Of a stretch of DNA of 64,000 nucleotides, positions 9,373-18,820 are shown piece by piece. The position numbers and the translations under genes are program-made. The DNA is from a virus. Its lineage: Duplodnaviria; Caudoviricetes. Numbering within the stretch: the stretch's first letter is position 1; each line of letters opens with the position of its first letter. The stretch lies in IMG/VR virus record IMGVR_UViG_2582581026_000003, positions 3,607 through 67,606 of that record; one strand, written 5' to 3'. Under the pieces are notes generated by a model. The model saw only the letters and a list, made by a program, of their open reading frames with translations. It was not told the origin of the DNA and made no database searches.

Positions 9373-9519
9373 GAGTGGATGGCGACGGGAATGCCGAGCG
9401 AGCAGGTTGAGCAGATGGTACTCAACCAGGGAGAGCCGGCCGAGGCCTTCGAGTGGTTTAAGGTAAACACCGCCCTCGGCAACGTCATGAATCGCGGAGC
9501 GGAACTGATAGGGCCATGA
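9373..9519 (+). pseudogene. SOS response-associated peptidase (SRAP/YedK) 3' fragment
   Basis: EWMATGMPSEQVEQMVLNQGEPAEAFEWFKVNTALGNVMNRGAELIGP* resembles the Pseudomonas SRAP C-terminus. Confidence 0.7.
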
Positions 9520-9659
9520 CCAAGCCCACTGGTGGTGATGCGGCAAACAACGGCTGATCACTGACAAGCCTCCCCTCCAAGCCCGGGCTTCTTGTGTCAG
9601 CCCTCCCTTTTCCCTGCTATGGTTGCGCCCTTCAACCAGATGGTAGGAAGTAGTCAGGA

Positions 9660-9986
9660 ATGGATTCAATGAAAACACTGGGTGTGATCTTACTGGCATT
9701 GGCCAGCACTACAGTTGTGGCGCACGAGAATAATGATCCAATCGAAAAAGCGATGTTCATCACGACGATTGTTCCCCTCCTTGTTGTTAGCGGAACCACT
9801 GCACTAACGGTCTATGGCCCTGCGAATATGAAATCGGCAAAGGCTGACGCGCTTGCGTTCATCGGCTCAGATGGCGAGATTCGCGGCGCTCAATTTGAGC
9901 AAGCAGTTCGGTACTACCACTCGGCCTATGGCCAGCCGCACATGAGCGATGAACAGCTGGCCCTGGCAATCGCAACTTCGCTCTAA
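9660..9986 (+). CDS. DUF2388-like secreted protein (moron)
   Basis: Signal peptide; AKADALAFIGSDGEIRGAQFEQA motif. Confidence 0.75.
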   Translation: MDSMKTLGVILLALASTTVVAHENNDPIEKAMFITTIVPLLVVSGTTALTVYGPANMKSAKADALAFIGSDGEIRGAQFEQAVRYYHSAYGQPHMSDEQLALAIATSL

Positions 9987-10003
9987 AGGCTGCCTTCCTA
10001 GTA

Positions 10004-10510
10004 TCATCCCCCGAGTCCATCATAGGCCTGCTCACACGTCACTCCCCTGCTCCGGCTTTGATCAGCATCTGCCGCCAGGTCTCCCGCTCGCTGCTCAACG
10101 CGCTTGAACAAGTCGGCAAACACCAGGGCGGTGCGGGTTGCTGCCTGGCTTGCGGCGGCAGTGCAGGAATTGCTGCGGCCTTGGGCTGCGAGACGGCCGG
10201 CAAGGTCGTCGACTGTACGCTGCAGGCTCCCAGCAGTAGCGCGAGCGTTAACAGCATCAGCTGCAACTTGATCGATTTTCCGTTGGCCATCTTGCACTGC
10301 CTTGTTGATTGAGTTCTGCCGGGTCTGCTCTTTTTCACGCTCGGCTTCCTCGGCCAGGGCCCAGGCCTGTTTGTCGCCGCCGTCACGGACAGCCCAGCGC
10401 GCCTGCCACTCGGCATCCATGGTCGAGCGGCCGTGCTCATAGGCACCCCAGAACGCCCAGACCACCAGCGCCAGCGACATGGCCGCGCCGATCGTGCGCG
10501 CGCTGATCAC
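10004..10510 (-). CDS. Rz-like i-spanin (DUF2514 type)
   Basis: N-terminal TM, coiled coil, C-terminal CEQAYD; overlaps the endolysin stop. Confidence 0.85.
   Translation of the reverse strand: MISARTIGAAMSLALVVWAFWGAYEHGRSTMDAEWQARWAVRDGGDKQAWALAEEAEREKEQTRQNSINKAVQDGQRKIDQVAADAVNARATAGSLQRTVDDLAGRLAAQGRSNSCTAAASQAATRTALVFADLFKRVEQRAGDLAADADQSRSRGVTCEQAYDGLGG
10039..10290 (-). CDS. Rz1-like o-spanin nested in Rz
   Basis: MANGKSIKLQLMLLTLALLLGAC lipobox, Pro-rich, alternative frame. Confidence 0.7.
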   Translation of the reverse strand: MANGKSIKLQLMLLTLALLLGACSVQSTTLPAVSQPKAAAIPALPPQARQQPAPPWCLPTCSSALSSERETWRQMLIKAGAGE

Positions 10511-11130
10511 GCCAGCACCTTCAGTGCACGGTCATACAGCGCTTTCCGCTCAGCGGCGCCATGGGGCACTCGGCCAGGCTTGCCGGTGTTGATCACGCTG
10601 CCGATATCCTGGAAGCGGCCGGCGTCGGCCAGCTCGTTCAGGCCGTGGGTCGACCACCACCAGGCGGCGGACATTGCAGCGTGCTCGGGCTGCTCGAGCA
10701 GTTCAGGCTTCTCTTCCAGCGGCAGGGCCAGGCCGGCGCCCGCGGCAGCGTAGTTCGCCCGACCAGTGAGCTGGATCAGGCCGCGCCCACGGAACCGCCA
10801 GCCGTCACCTGGGCGAGTGTTTCCCATGCGCCCGCTGTATACGGTGTTGGCGATCTTCTCCGGCTGTCGAGCGCAGGCGGCCGCCGACTCCGGAGTGAAC
10901 CGGCTGGGCCAGGTGCGCACCAGCGCCTCAACGCTGTAGTTCAGGTTCTCCACCAGGTTGCGCAGCTGACCCGACTCATGGCCGACCTGGGCCAGGAACG
11001 CAGCCACGCGCACCGGGCTATCGATCTTGTAGCGGGCCATGGCCCGGTTCAGCGCAGGCAAAAAAATGCCCGCGACTGGGCGGGCGTTCGGGAGGATCTG
11101 CAGCAACTGCTGCTCGGTCAAAGGGGGCAT
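10507..11130 (-). CDS. Endolysin, glycoside hydrolase family 19
   Basis: AAFLAQVGHESG, ENLNYS, FRGRGLIQLTGRANY; start 11130 with GGAG RBS. Confidence 0.93.
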   Translation of the reverse strand: MPPLTEQQLLQILPNARPVAGIFLPALNRAMARYKIDSPVRVAAFLAQVGHESGQLRNLVENLNYSVEALVRTWPSRFTPESAAACARQPEKIANTVYSGRMGNTRPGDGWRFRGRGLIQLTGRANYAAAGAGLALPLEEKPELLEQPEHAAMSAAWWWSTHGLNELADAGRFQDIGSVINTGKPGRVPHGAAERKALYDRALKVLA

Positions 11131-11188
11131 GTGTTTCTCCAGGCAAAAATAAACCCGCTCGATGGCGGGTGCTGATACTGCTCGGGCT

Positions 11189-12103
11189 TCAGGCTTCGGT
11201 CTGGGCCTCTGCCGGCGGCGCGGCTGGCATATCCAGGCGAACGTCGATCCAGCTTTCTGCCGGGACATCCATCAGGGCGCCGGCCACCTGCTCCAGCTCG
11301 CCGTCATCGTTCAGGGCGTACTTGATCTTGCGCAGCTCCACAACGACGCTGCCGTCTTCGTTGGTGGTGCCAGTGGCAATGCCGAGCTGCCGGCCGCCGT
11401 TGCGGTCAGTTGGGCTACCCACTTGCCAGCCGGAAGCGGCAAGGCCGAGTGAGCCGGTGACCTGGTAGCGGCCAGTGTCCAGGCGCGTGACCTCGATTCC
11501 GTTGGCCTCCTCGTTGTAGGCGCCCCACTCGCCCGAGGCGTTGAAGCTGTCCAGCAGATCAGCCCGGGAAGAACCCGCCACATCAGCGATGCGCGCGATC
11601 GGCGATGCCCGCTTGATGAAACCCGATGCATCCACGGTGGTGTTGGCCGAGGTCCAGAGCTCCGCCCAGGTCGTGAAGCCAGAAGATGCGTTGTAGGCCC
11701 GGTACGCCAGTCGGCTCGCGTTGATGCTCATCGCCAAGGAGCCGAAGCTGCCATCGGCATGGGAGGTGACCAAGGCCGTCCCGAAAGAACCGATAGGGCT
11801 GGGGTTGGTGGGAAGCGCATAGTAGAACAGCCCCCCGCAAGTGAGACCATCCATGTTTTGGATGATCGGGGCAGCATTGGCTGATCCGTAGCTACCGATC
11901 CCTGCGTAGCCGGCAGTAACCACGCGACCAACCGTTCCATCGGTTTTCGAGCTGACGAGGTTCGCTTTCGACGCGGTACCAAGCCCGGCAATTGCGGTGT
12001 AAAGCTCGTCAAAGTTGCTTTGCGCCTTGGTGAACGCGCTCCGCGGGGTGTCTCCACCGACACCGGTAGGAGCGGCGCCGAGATTTATCGTCTGCTTGGC
12101 CAT
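11189..12103 (-). CDS. Side tail fibre protein
   Basis: MAKQTINLG..GDTPRSAFTK N-terminus, NTTVDASGFIKRASP, WIDVRL C-terminus. Confidence 0.85.
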   Translation of the reverse strand: MAKQTINLGAAPTGVGGDTPRSAFTKAQSNFDELYTAIAGLGTASKANLVSSKTDGTVGRVVTAGYAGIGSYGSANAAPIIQNMDGLTCGGLFYYALPTNPSPIGSFGTALVTSHADGSFGSLAMSINASRLAYRAYNASSGFTTWAELWTSANTTVDASGFIKRASPIARIADVAGSSRADLLDSFNASGEWGAYNEEANGIEVTRLDTGRYQVTGSLGLAASGWQVGSPTDRNGGRQLGIATGTTNEDGSVVVELRKIKYALNDDGELEQVAGALMDVPAESWIDVRLDMPAAPPAEAQTEA

Positions 12104-12139
12104 GCAAAATTCCTGAATTGGTTGAATGAGGTCTCGCCT

Positions 12140-12820
12140 TCACGCACTCATCTTGGCGAACACCGCCGGAAGGAAAAACGCGACGGGGTTTGAGGCCGCT
12201 ATGGTGATTGCGTACAGCGTGTTGTTCGGGAAGTCCCACCAGCAGTAGAGGTTCCGAGGGATGCTGCTACCGGCGGTCATGTTCATGCCGAAGTTGTTCA
12301 GCAGCAGGAATTCGTTCTGTGGGAAGTTGAATGGCACTGTGTAGTAGATTCGGATCAGCCCTTGCGGATCGAGGTCATACTTGACGTAGGTCCAGTTCTG
12401 GAAAGCCCGAGTGAATGTCGCGTTTGGTGTCCCGGAGTCGAACAAAAGCTCACCGCTCCCGTCCCACAGACGCATTCCGTACTGCGCCACCGGTTGGGCC
12501 GCAAAGGAGGCAACAAAATAGCGCCCATTCGGCTGCGCCGTATTCACGCTATAGGCGCGCACGTAGAATCCCGTCCAGTTGCCGGCCGACCCAATCAAGC
12601 GCATTTGGCAGAGCCCCGCCACGCCATTTACCGTGTCTGGACGCACAAACACCAGTGGCGGCTCCTGAGAGGTGACCGGCCTGGCAAAGTACGTCGTGGA
12701 CCCCATACCTGATTCTTCTGTTGGAGCAAACCGGCCTGAAGAAATGACCACCAGCCTGGCGAATTCAGAGTCGAGCGTCACCACGTTACTGTTGTTGGTG
12801 AATTGAACTCCATATGCCAT
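12140..12820 (-). CDS. Tail tip accessory protein
   Basis: Position after the J gene; repeated YGMRLWDG..FDS motif. Confidence 0.7.
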   Translation of the reverse strand: MAYGVQFTNNSNVVTLDSEFARLVVISSGRFAPTEESGMGSTTYFARPVTSQEPPLVFVRPDTVNGVAGLCQMRLIGSAGNWTGFYVRAYSVNTAQPNGRYFVASFAAQPVAQYGMRLWDGSGELLFDSGTPNATFTRAFQNWTYVKYDLDPQGLIRIYYTVPFNFPQNEFLLLNNFGMNMTAGSSIPRNLYCWWDFPNNTLYAITIAASNPVAFFLPAVFAKMSA

Positions 12821-13146
12821 CAGCTCCACCTCATCACGATCAAGCGCATCGTCCCGGAAGACCTAAAACTGGAAGCATAAGTGCGGGTGTGGTTATAGAC
12901 CCGAGCAACGCCATCCAGCATTTCTGTTTCGAATTGCGTTTGCGAGGCGCTATAGGGGCCTATCGGTATCACTATCGCAGTGCCGTTTCCGGGGCCCACG
13001 CCAGGAACCGCAAAATCCTGGCTACCCTTAGCGGCACCGGCTTCAAAGGTCACCAGCGTCGAAAGCGCGACTCGGATCGTGAACGAGTTTTCATCGATCT
13101 GAAGGGCGCCATCGGCGCCCCAAATCCTCATTCCATAATTGCTCAT
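12820..13146 (-). CDS. Small tail tip accessory protein
   Basis: YGMRIWGADG motif; coupled to J. Confidence 0.7.
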   Translation of the reverse strand: MSNYGMRIWGADGALQIDENSFTIRVALSTLVTFEAGAAKGSQDFAVPGVGPGNGTAIVIPIGPYSASQTQFETEMLDGVARVYNHTRTYASSFRSSGTMRLIVMRWS

Positions 13147-16100
13147 GCGGCCAAGTTCCCCCATTGATATCGTTTGACGCCGTTCTCATCGAACACCTTG
13201 CCGCCGTTGTTGTTGATGGTCTGGCGGGCTCCTCCGCCGAGCGGGCTGTTGAGCTCAAAGTTTCCGGCCTTGTCGATGCGCCATCCTTGAACACCGGGGA
13301 TGTAGTTGTCGGACTGGATGAAAGAGCCGATCTTGGCATTAACAATCGATCCATCTTTCACCAAGAGGGAGTTGATAAACACCTGCCCGCCCTCCACAGC
13401 GAACGGCACAGTAATCGCGCCGCCAGCGATGGTGTTGACGACGGCAAACCGATCAGCGCTGACCAGAAACTGGCTTTGCAGTCCGGCTGGCCCGTTCTCA
13501 ATCCCCAGGCCCACGCCTGCAGCGACGTATTGCCCCTGGGCGTTAACCTCCATTTTCACAGCCCACATCGTGCTGGCCTTGCCGTCCAGCGTGGCAAGTG
13601 CCTGGCTGGTCTGTTGCACCGCAGCCGTGTTGCTATTGACGGTCACCTGAACCGTGTCGATTCGCTTGGCCGTGGCTACGCCGTCCTCGATCCTGGCTGA
13701 CTGCTCGGACCAGACACCGATGTAAACCTCGTCTGACCCAGCAAAGCCAGCTGTGTCCCCGGCCAAGGCCGGATTGACCTGAACATAAACACCATCAAGC
13801 TTGGTGGCCTGAGCGTTCACCTTGTCATCGACACCAGTCAGCTTGGTATCAAGCTGGCTGATTGCCCCCGCCTGCGCTGCGACCTTTCCTTCAGCGGTCT
13901 GCAGGCGTGTGTCGATCCCGGATATGGCATGCCCCTGCGCGGTGATCGTGCTTCCTTGCTGGCTAACCGTTCCGCTCAGGGTGTTCAACGCCGAAACGCT
14001 GGCCTTGTTGTCCAGCTCCGACTTAACCCCCTGAATCTGCTGAGCGTTCGCGGTTATTTTCCCGTCCTGCTCCGTTACCTTGGTTTCGACAATCTGAACC
14101 CGGGCAGCAGTGCCATTCTCCGTCCTGGCGACCTGGCCGATATCGAGCCAGTACAACGGGTTAGGAGGCGCATTGCCGCCGCCGGCCGCCGCCGGTACAT
14201 CTTGGGTCGCCACGTACAGGCGCTGCCCCTGCCGCACGTTCTCCCCTTGCGTGTAGGGCTTGGAAGGGTCGTACTCGAGAGCATCAACAATGTCGTCGAT
14301 CTCGCCCTGCAGCTCCCCAAGGCGCTCATTCACGGAGCCAGGACCGTTGCCGTCGATGAGATCGATTCGCTCATTGAGGTGCTGCCCCAGTTCTGTCTCA
14401 CTGATCTTGCCGGCGATCAGCTCAAGGATGGGGCCAGCGTCCGAACTGGACTGACCCATTACGCCATTCACCACCGGATACCACGGGCCGATGTTGCCTG
14501 TCCGATCGACCAGTCGCGCCCAGAAGAAGAACGACACACCGGCAGCCAGGCCCTGCAACTTATAGTCGCTCTGCGGGTAGGCCAGGTCGGTCAGTTTGGT
14601 AGCGTCCTCCAGGCTATTGGCTGGGCCGTACCAGATCTCCGTGCGCTGGGTGTCCTCGGCGCCCGGAGGAAAGTCCCACTTCAGGCCTATGGCGAACAGT
14701 TCGCTGGTGGCGTTGAGGAACGTCACCGCCGGCGGCAAACCAGCCTTACCGGTCAGCTGCGTGAGGCTGGAGCTCTTCCAGATCGACGAGATATCGAAGG
14801 CACTCACCGCCCGCACACGGGCCAGGTAGGCGCCGGCATAGATGCCGGTCACGTCGACCGAGGTCGAGCCCGTGCGCTGCAGCTTGATCCAGTTGCCGTT
14901 GTCCTTGCGCCACTCCACGTCATAGGCCACGGCGCCGTTCACGGCCGGCCAGGCGATGGTCATGGTGCTGACCGCGATACCCTGGTCCACGGCGTAGTTC
15001 GAGGTCAGGGTCACGCTCGCCGGCGGCGGAACGACCGTGATCGGAATAACGCTGATTGGCCGCTCCTCCAGGCGGGCGCCGGTGTCGATGTGGGCGAACT
15101 TGCTCGGGTTGAACTCGAGCGCAGTGATCTCGTAGTCGCCCTCAGTGGCGCGCGCTGTCCTGAGTACGCGGAACAGCTGGATGGCCAGGTCGTCAGCGTC
15201 GATTGCCCACTGTAGCTCCGGCTCCGGCGCAACGCTGTAGGCCGTGGTTACAGTGACAGCACGATCACTGACCGATTCGACTGTGCGGCCCTGGGCGCGG
15301 CCGTTGGGCAGGTTAATGATCAGACGGTCGCCAGCCTTGATCTGCGTATCGCGGTCGAGCGTGACGACTCTGCCCGCTGCAGCGGCGATCCGGCCGCCGT
15401 TCGGGCGCCCTGCGATCAATTCGTCAGCCACAGGAATCACGTAACCTGGCAGTGGGATCCGCCCCTCCATCCCAGTCCTGAAGGTCACGGTACGGTCTTG
15501 GCTGTTGCTCAGAAGGATCCACTTACCGCGGCGCTGAGCTTCCGATGCCCGAGTGCAGCCGATTGCAGAGATCTCGATCGGCCGGTCACGGTACCGGCGC
15601 TGCAAGGCCAGGTCGGTGACCGGGATTACGTCGGTGTCATAGTTGTTGGACGGGTTGTCGTAGCTGACCAGCGCCCGACTGTAGTGGGTGTTCTTCTCGG
15701 CGCCACCGTAGGTGAACTCGCCATCGATCACGTTGAAACGGGTGAACACGTAGTCGATGTCCTGCGCGCGCGGCATGTCGGCCTGCATGAACAGTGAACC
15801 CTGGGCCCAGTAGACCATCCCCCGGTAGATTGCCGACAGATCGCGCAGTAGCGTCCAGGCTTCCGCCCGCCCCTGCAGGTTCATGTCGCACAGGAAACGT
15901 GGTTCCTGTCCACCAATGCCGTCGGGCACCAACTGGTCACAGTACTGGGCGATGCGGTACATCTCCCACTTGTCGACCATCCACGGCTTGATACGCTTGC
16001 CCAGGCCGAAGCGATCTTCCACGCACAGACCATAGGTGACGAACGCCGGGTTGTTGGTCCAAGCCTGCTTGAAGCTGCCGTCCCAAACCCCGGTGTAGGT

Positions 16101-16895
16101 CCGGGTCAATGGGTCGTAGTTCGCCGGCACCGGCCACTTCCGGGCCTTGCACTTCACCGTGACGGCCGGGATGTTCTGGAACTGCTGGGCGTCGAACTCG
16201 ATGTAGAGCAACGCGGTGTTCGGGTAGCGCAGTTTGCGGTCGATGATTTCGGTGTAGCCCGCGACGGTCATCGTGTCAGCGATGGTGCCCGAGTTCTGGT
16301 TCGGGGTGATCCGGCGAACGCGGATCATCCAGCCGCTGGTGGCTTTCGGCAGGTCCACCCGCACGGAGCGCTGGTAACCGTTGGTGGTCTTACCGTCCAC
16401 GGCTCCCAGCTGCACCTGCTGGTAGGATCCGCCGTCGGTGGCCACATCAATTGCATACTCGATGCGGTAGCCGTTGGTGTTGCCGCCTTCGTCCTGACTG
16501 GCCAGGCGCGGCCAACTGAAGCGCAGACGCACGGCTGACAGTTGGATATTGCTCAGCGCCCGGGACCACGGGTTATCGCTGCGCAGCTCGACATTGACGG
16601 TGGTCTCGTTCTCAATCGCCGGGATACCTGGGATGTAGGTCTGCTCGATGCTGCCAGGCCGCCAGTCCCACTTCACGCTCGGGAAGTTGATGTTGCCGCT
16701 GGAGTCCTGAATAGGCGTGTTGTCGAGGTAGATGTCCTGGGCAGTGGGCGTGCCTTCAAACTCCCCCTCACCTACGGCAATCAGGATCTTCGCCAAGTTC
16801 GTCGACTGCAGACTGTCCGGCGCTTCGGTCGGCTGCTTCGGCTTGCTGCCGCCGCCCTTGGCGCCGCAGATATCCAGTTGTTGTGCTGCGCCCAT
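13143..16895 (-). CDS. Central tail fibre / tip attachment protein (lambda J-like)
   Basis: 1250 aa; GEGEFEG, YPNTALL, FNIII-like region, coiled coil, C-terminal FLVSADRFAV. Confidence 0.93.
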   Translation of the reverse strand: MGAAQQLDICGAKGGGSKPKQPTEAPDSLQSTNLAKILIAVGEGEFEGTPTAQDIYLDNTPIQDSSGNINFPSVKWDWRPGSIEQTYIPGIPAIENETTVNVELRSDNPWSRALSNIQLSAVRLRFSWPRLASQDEGGNTNGYRIEYAIDVATDGGSYQQVQLGAVDGKTTNGYQRSVRVDLPKATSGWMIRVRRITPNQNSGTIADTMTVAGYTEIIDRKLRYPNTALLYIEFDAQQFQNIPAVTVKCKARKWPVPANYDPLTRTYTGVWDGSFKQAWTNNPAFVTYGLCVEDRFGLGKRIKPWMVDKWEMYRIAQYCDQLVPDGIGGQEPRFLCDMNLQGRAEAWTLLRDLSAIYRGMVYWAQGSLFMQADMPRAQDIDYVFTRFNVIDGEFTYGGAEKNTHYSRALVSYDNPSNNYDTDVIPVTDLALQRRYRDRPIEISAIGCTRASEAQRRGKWILLSNSQDRTVTFRTGMEGRIPLPGYVIPVADELIAGRPNGGRIAAAAGRVVTLDRDTQIKAGDRLIINLPNGRAQGRTVESVSDRAVTVTTAYSVAPEPELQWAIDADDLAIQLFRVLRTARATEGDYEITALEFNPSKFAHIDTGARLEERPISVIPITVVPPPASVTLTSNYAVDQGIAVSTMTIAWPAVNGAVAYDVEWRKDNGNWIKLQRTGSTSVDVTGIYAGAYLARVRAVSAFDISSIWKSSSLTQLTGKAGLPPAVTFLNATSELFAIGLKWDFPPGAEDTQRTEIWYGPANSLEDATKLTDLAYPQSDYKLQGLAAGVSFFFWARLVDRTGNIGPWYPVVNGVMGQSSSDAGPILELIAGKISETELGQHLNERIDLIDGNGPGSVNERLGELQGEIDDIVDALEYDPSKPYTQGENVRQGQRLYVATQDVPAAAGGGNAPPNPLYWLDIGQVARTENGTAARVQIVETKVTEQDGKITANAQQIQGVKSELDNKASVSALNTLSGTVSQQGSTITAQGHAISGIDTRLQTAEGKVAAQAGAISQLDTKLTGVDDKVNAQATKLDGVYVQVNPALAGDTAGFAGSDEVYIGVWSEQSARIEDGVATAKRIDTVQVTVNSNTAAVQQTSQALATLDGKASTMWAVKMEVNAQGQYVAAGVGLGIENGPAGLQSQFLVSADRFAVVNTIAGGAITVPFAVEGGQVFINSLLVKDGSIVNAKIGSFIQSDNYIPGVQGWRIDKAGNFELNSPLGGGARQTINNNGGKVFDENGVKRYQWGNLAA

Positions 16896-16951
16896 GCTTT
16901 CCTCCAGGCAATAAAAAGCCGCCCGAAGGCGGCCTGCTCTACTCGTTCACG

Positions 16952-17554
16952 CTATGCTTTGTCTTCGGCGTAGATGGATGCCGAGATGATTGCGCCGCCC
17001 CATCGGCGCTCACCGATGCAGATCGGAACCGGGTTGCCGCTGGCCGTGGTGTTTCGGGCGCTGCCGAAGGCGTAGGACGGCAGGTTTTCTGGAGCGCCGC
17101 TTTGTGAAAGGCCTTTGGCCTGGGGGCTGAGCATCTGGATTACCCCGCCAGCAACCATGCCAATACCTGCGCCAACCAAGGGAGCGCCAAATGGAGTGGC
17201 TGAGAGGAACACCCCGGCAACGATCATTATCGCTCCAACGATGGTCTGCAGGATCCCGCCACGCTTGCTACCAGCAACCACTGGGACGATCCTGAGCTCA
17301 CGAGTACCTCCTCGCTCGAAGTCGCCAACCCCAACATTCCGGCGGTTCCTGAAGACCGCGAAACTCATCCCAAGTCGGTCAAGGCGCTGAATCTCTTCTT
17401 CAAAACCTGGAAGCGTAGCCTTGAGAGCCTTGAACACCTCCCATGACTTGCCGGTATCAAGTAGTCGTCGATGTATCCGGCCAAATTTTCTCGCGAGGGT
17501 TCCCGAGAGTTTGATTGTAGTGAACGGCTCATAATGTGCTGCTGTAGCGGCCAT
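16952..17554 (-). CDS. Tail assembly protein (lambda I-like)
   Basis: IVPVVAGSK, SYAFGSARNT, PVPICIGERRWGGAIIS. Confidence 0.9.
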   Translation of the reverse strand: MAATAAHYEPFTTIKLSGTLARKFGRIHRRLLDTGKSWEVFKALKATLPGFEEEIQRLDRLGMSFAVFRNRRNVGVGDFERGGTRELRIVPVVAGSKRGGILQTIVGAIMIVAGVFLSATPFGAPLVGAGIGMVAGGVIQMLSPQAKGLSQSGAPENLPSYAFGSARNTTASGNPVPICIGERRWGGAIISASIYAEDKA

Positions 17555-17595
17555 GCTTTCTCCAGGCGCAAAAAAGCCGCCCGGAGGCGGCTTGA

Positions 17596-18018
17596 TCAGT
17601 TGTAATTGACGTAAGGGCCTATGTAGATGCCGCCCATGTCTCCGCTAATTCTGTAAATACTCTCTTTTCCGTTTTGCACGTTTCCGACGATCGTGCGCAC
17701 CGCCATGCCGCCGCAAAGCCCGGAGTTCGCCAACCCTATACCAATGCTGGGCTGGCCCGGTGGTAGGTGGAAACTGGCTCGCTGGCCCGTACCCAGCTTG
17801 GCGGCTCTTTTGCCATCAATGAACACAACCACATCGCAACCAGAGCCTACCGCCCCTGAGTCCCGAAGAACGACAACGGTGCCGCTATCCCCTCGAGGCT
17901 TTACCTGAAACGCGTAAAGTTCATCTCGCGGGACCGGCGTTGCCTCGCGGACGGAGATCGCAGATGACGCACACCCCGCCAACAGCGCCACCGCCACCGC
18001 CCCAATCAGAATTCGCAT
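17596..18018 (-). CDS. Lipoprotein moron
   Basis: MRILIGAVAVALLAGC lipobox; AGGAGG RBS. Confidence 0.8.
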   Translation of the reverse strand: MRILIGAVAVALLAGCASSAISVREATPVPRDELYAFQVKPRGDSGTVVVLRDSGAVGSGCDVVVFIDGKRAAKLGTGQRASFHLPPGQPSIGIGLANSGLCGGMAVRTIVGNVQNGKESIYRISGDMGGIYIGPYVNYN

Positions 18019-18221
18019 GTGATCCCTCCTTGTTGATGGCAGGAATCTAACACTATCCATAGAATGTGCCCAAGCCGGCCAAGCACCGGGCTTTTCATAA
18101 GCCTCACTGCGGATAGCAACCAAGGAAGAACAATGCGAATACTGCGAAGTCACAAGATTCTCGATGGAGACAAAGCAAAGGAAGCCAAGGAACAGGTCAC
18201 CTTTATCTACTGGAGCGATCG

Positions 18222-18509
18222 ATGAACCACATCAAAGCCCGCATCGAGGCGCTCCGAAAGCTCGTCGACGAAATAAAAAATGCCGAAACCATCTTCGAGC
18301 GCGCCGCACTGTTCGCCGGCATACGCGGTCTCGCTGACAACCTCATAGATGACGAGAGTCTCAATGATTTTGCCAAGGAGAAGGCCGATAACATCCGTTA
18401 CCACTCTGCCGCCGCCCTTGGGTTAGACTTCGCCGGCGACCACGATGCCGAAGCACATCTGGTATGGGTTTACGGAGATATGGACACCCTAGAGTCCGCT
18501 TACGACTGA
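18222..18509 (+). CDS. Hypothetical protein (moron)
   Basis: GGAG RBS, 95 aa, followed by a hairpin/U terminator. Confidence 0.7.
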   Translation: MNHIKARIEALRKLVDEIKNAETIFERAALFAGIRGLADNLIDDESLNDFAKEKADNIRYHSAAALGLDFAGDHDAEAHLVWVYGDMDTLESAYD

Positions 18510-18673
18510 CCCCAAGCCCGGCCTGGCGCCGGGCTTTTTCATGGTATTTGATGTGGCTGGCTCGGCGGCGAAGCGGGCAGGCATTCGACAGACAGATTCC
18601 ACCATGGGGATCATCACCACAGTTGGTATCGCCATATGCAAAAAGCCCAGCGCGGGGCTGGGCTTGAGCCAAA

Positions 18674-18820
18674 TCAGTCCTTCTTGGGCGCCGGCGCTGG
18701 TGGAGGTGCTTTGGGCGGCTGCGGTGGCAGCACGCTTCTCGTCCGCTCAGGATTAACGTTCATTCCATCGTTAACGTGCTTACGCTCTATGATGAGATGC
18801 CTGGTGTTCTGATCATTCAT
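18674..18820 (-). CDS. 48-aa proline-rich peptide
   Basis: MNDQNTRHLIIERKHVNDGMNVNPERTRSVLPPQPPKAPPPAPAPKKD; ATGA overlap with the upstream gene and GGAG RBS. Confidence 0.6.
   Translation of the reverse strand: MNDQNTRHLIIERKHVNDGMNVNPERTRSVLPPQPPKAPPPAPAPKKD

Noticed and set aside
1220-10000. Prophage att core
   Set aside because: The partner site would lie beyond the integrase stop, outside the window, and no shared core was seen downstream of the three repeat units.
11189-16895. Diversity-generating retroelement or invertible tail-fibre cassette
   Set aside because: No reverse transcriptase, invertase, TR/VR pair or duplicated fibre ends were seen.
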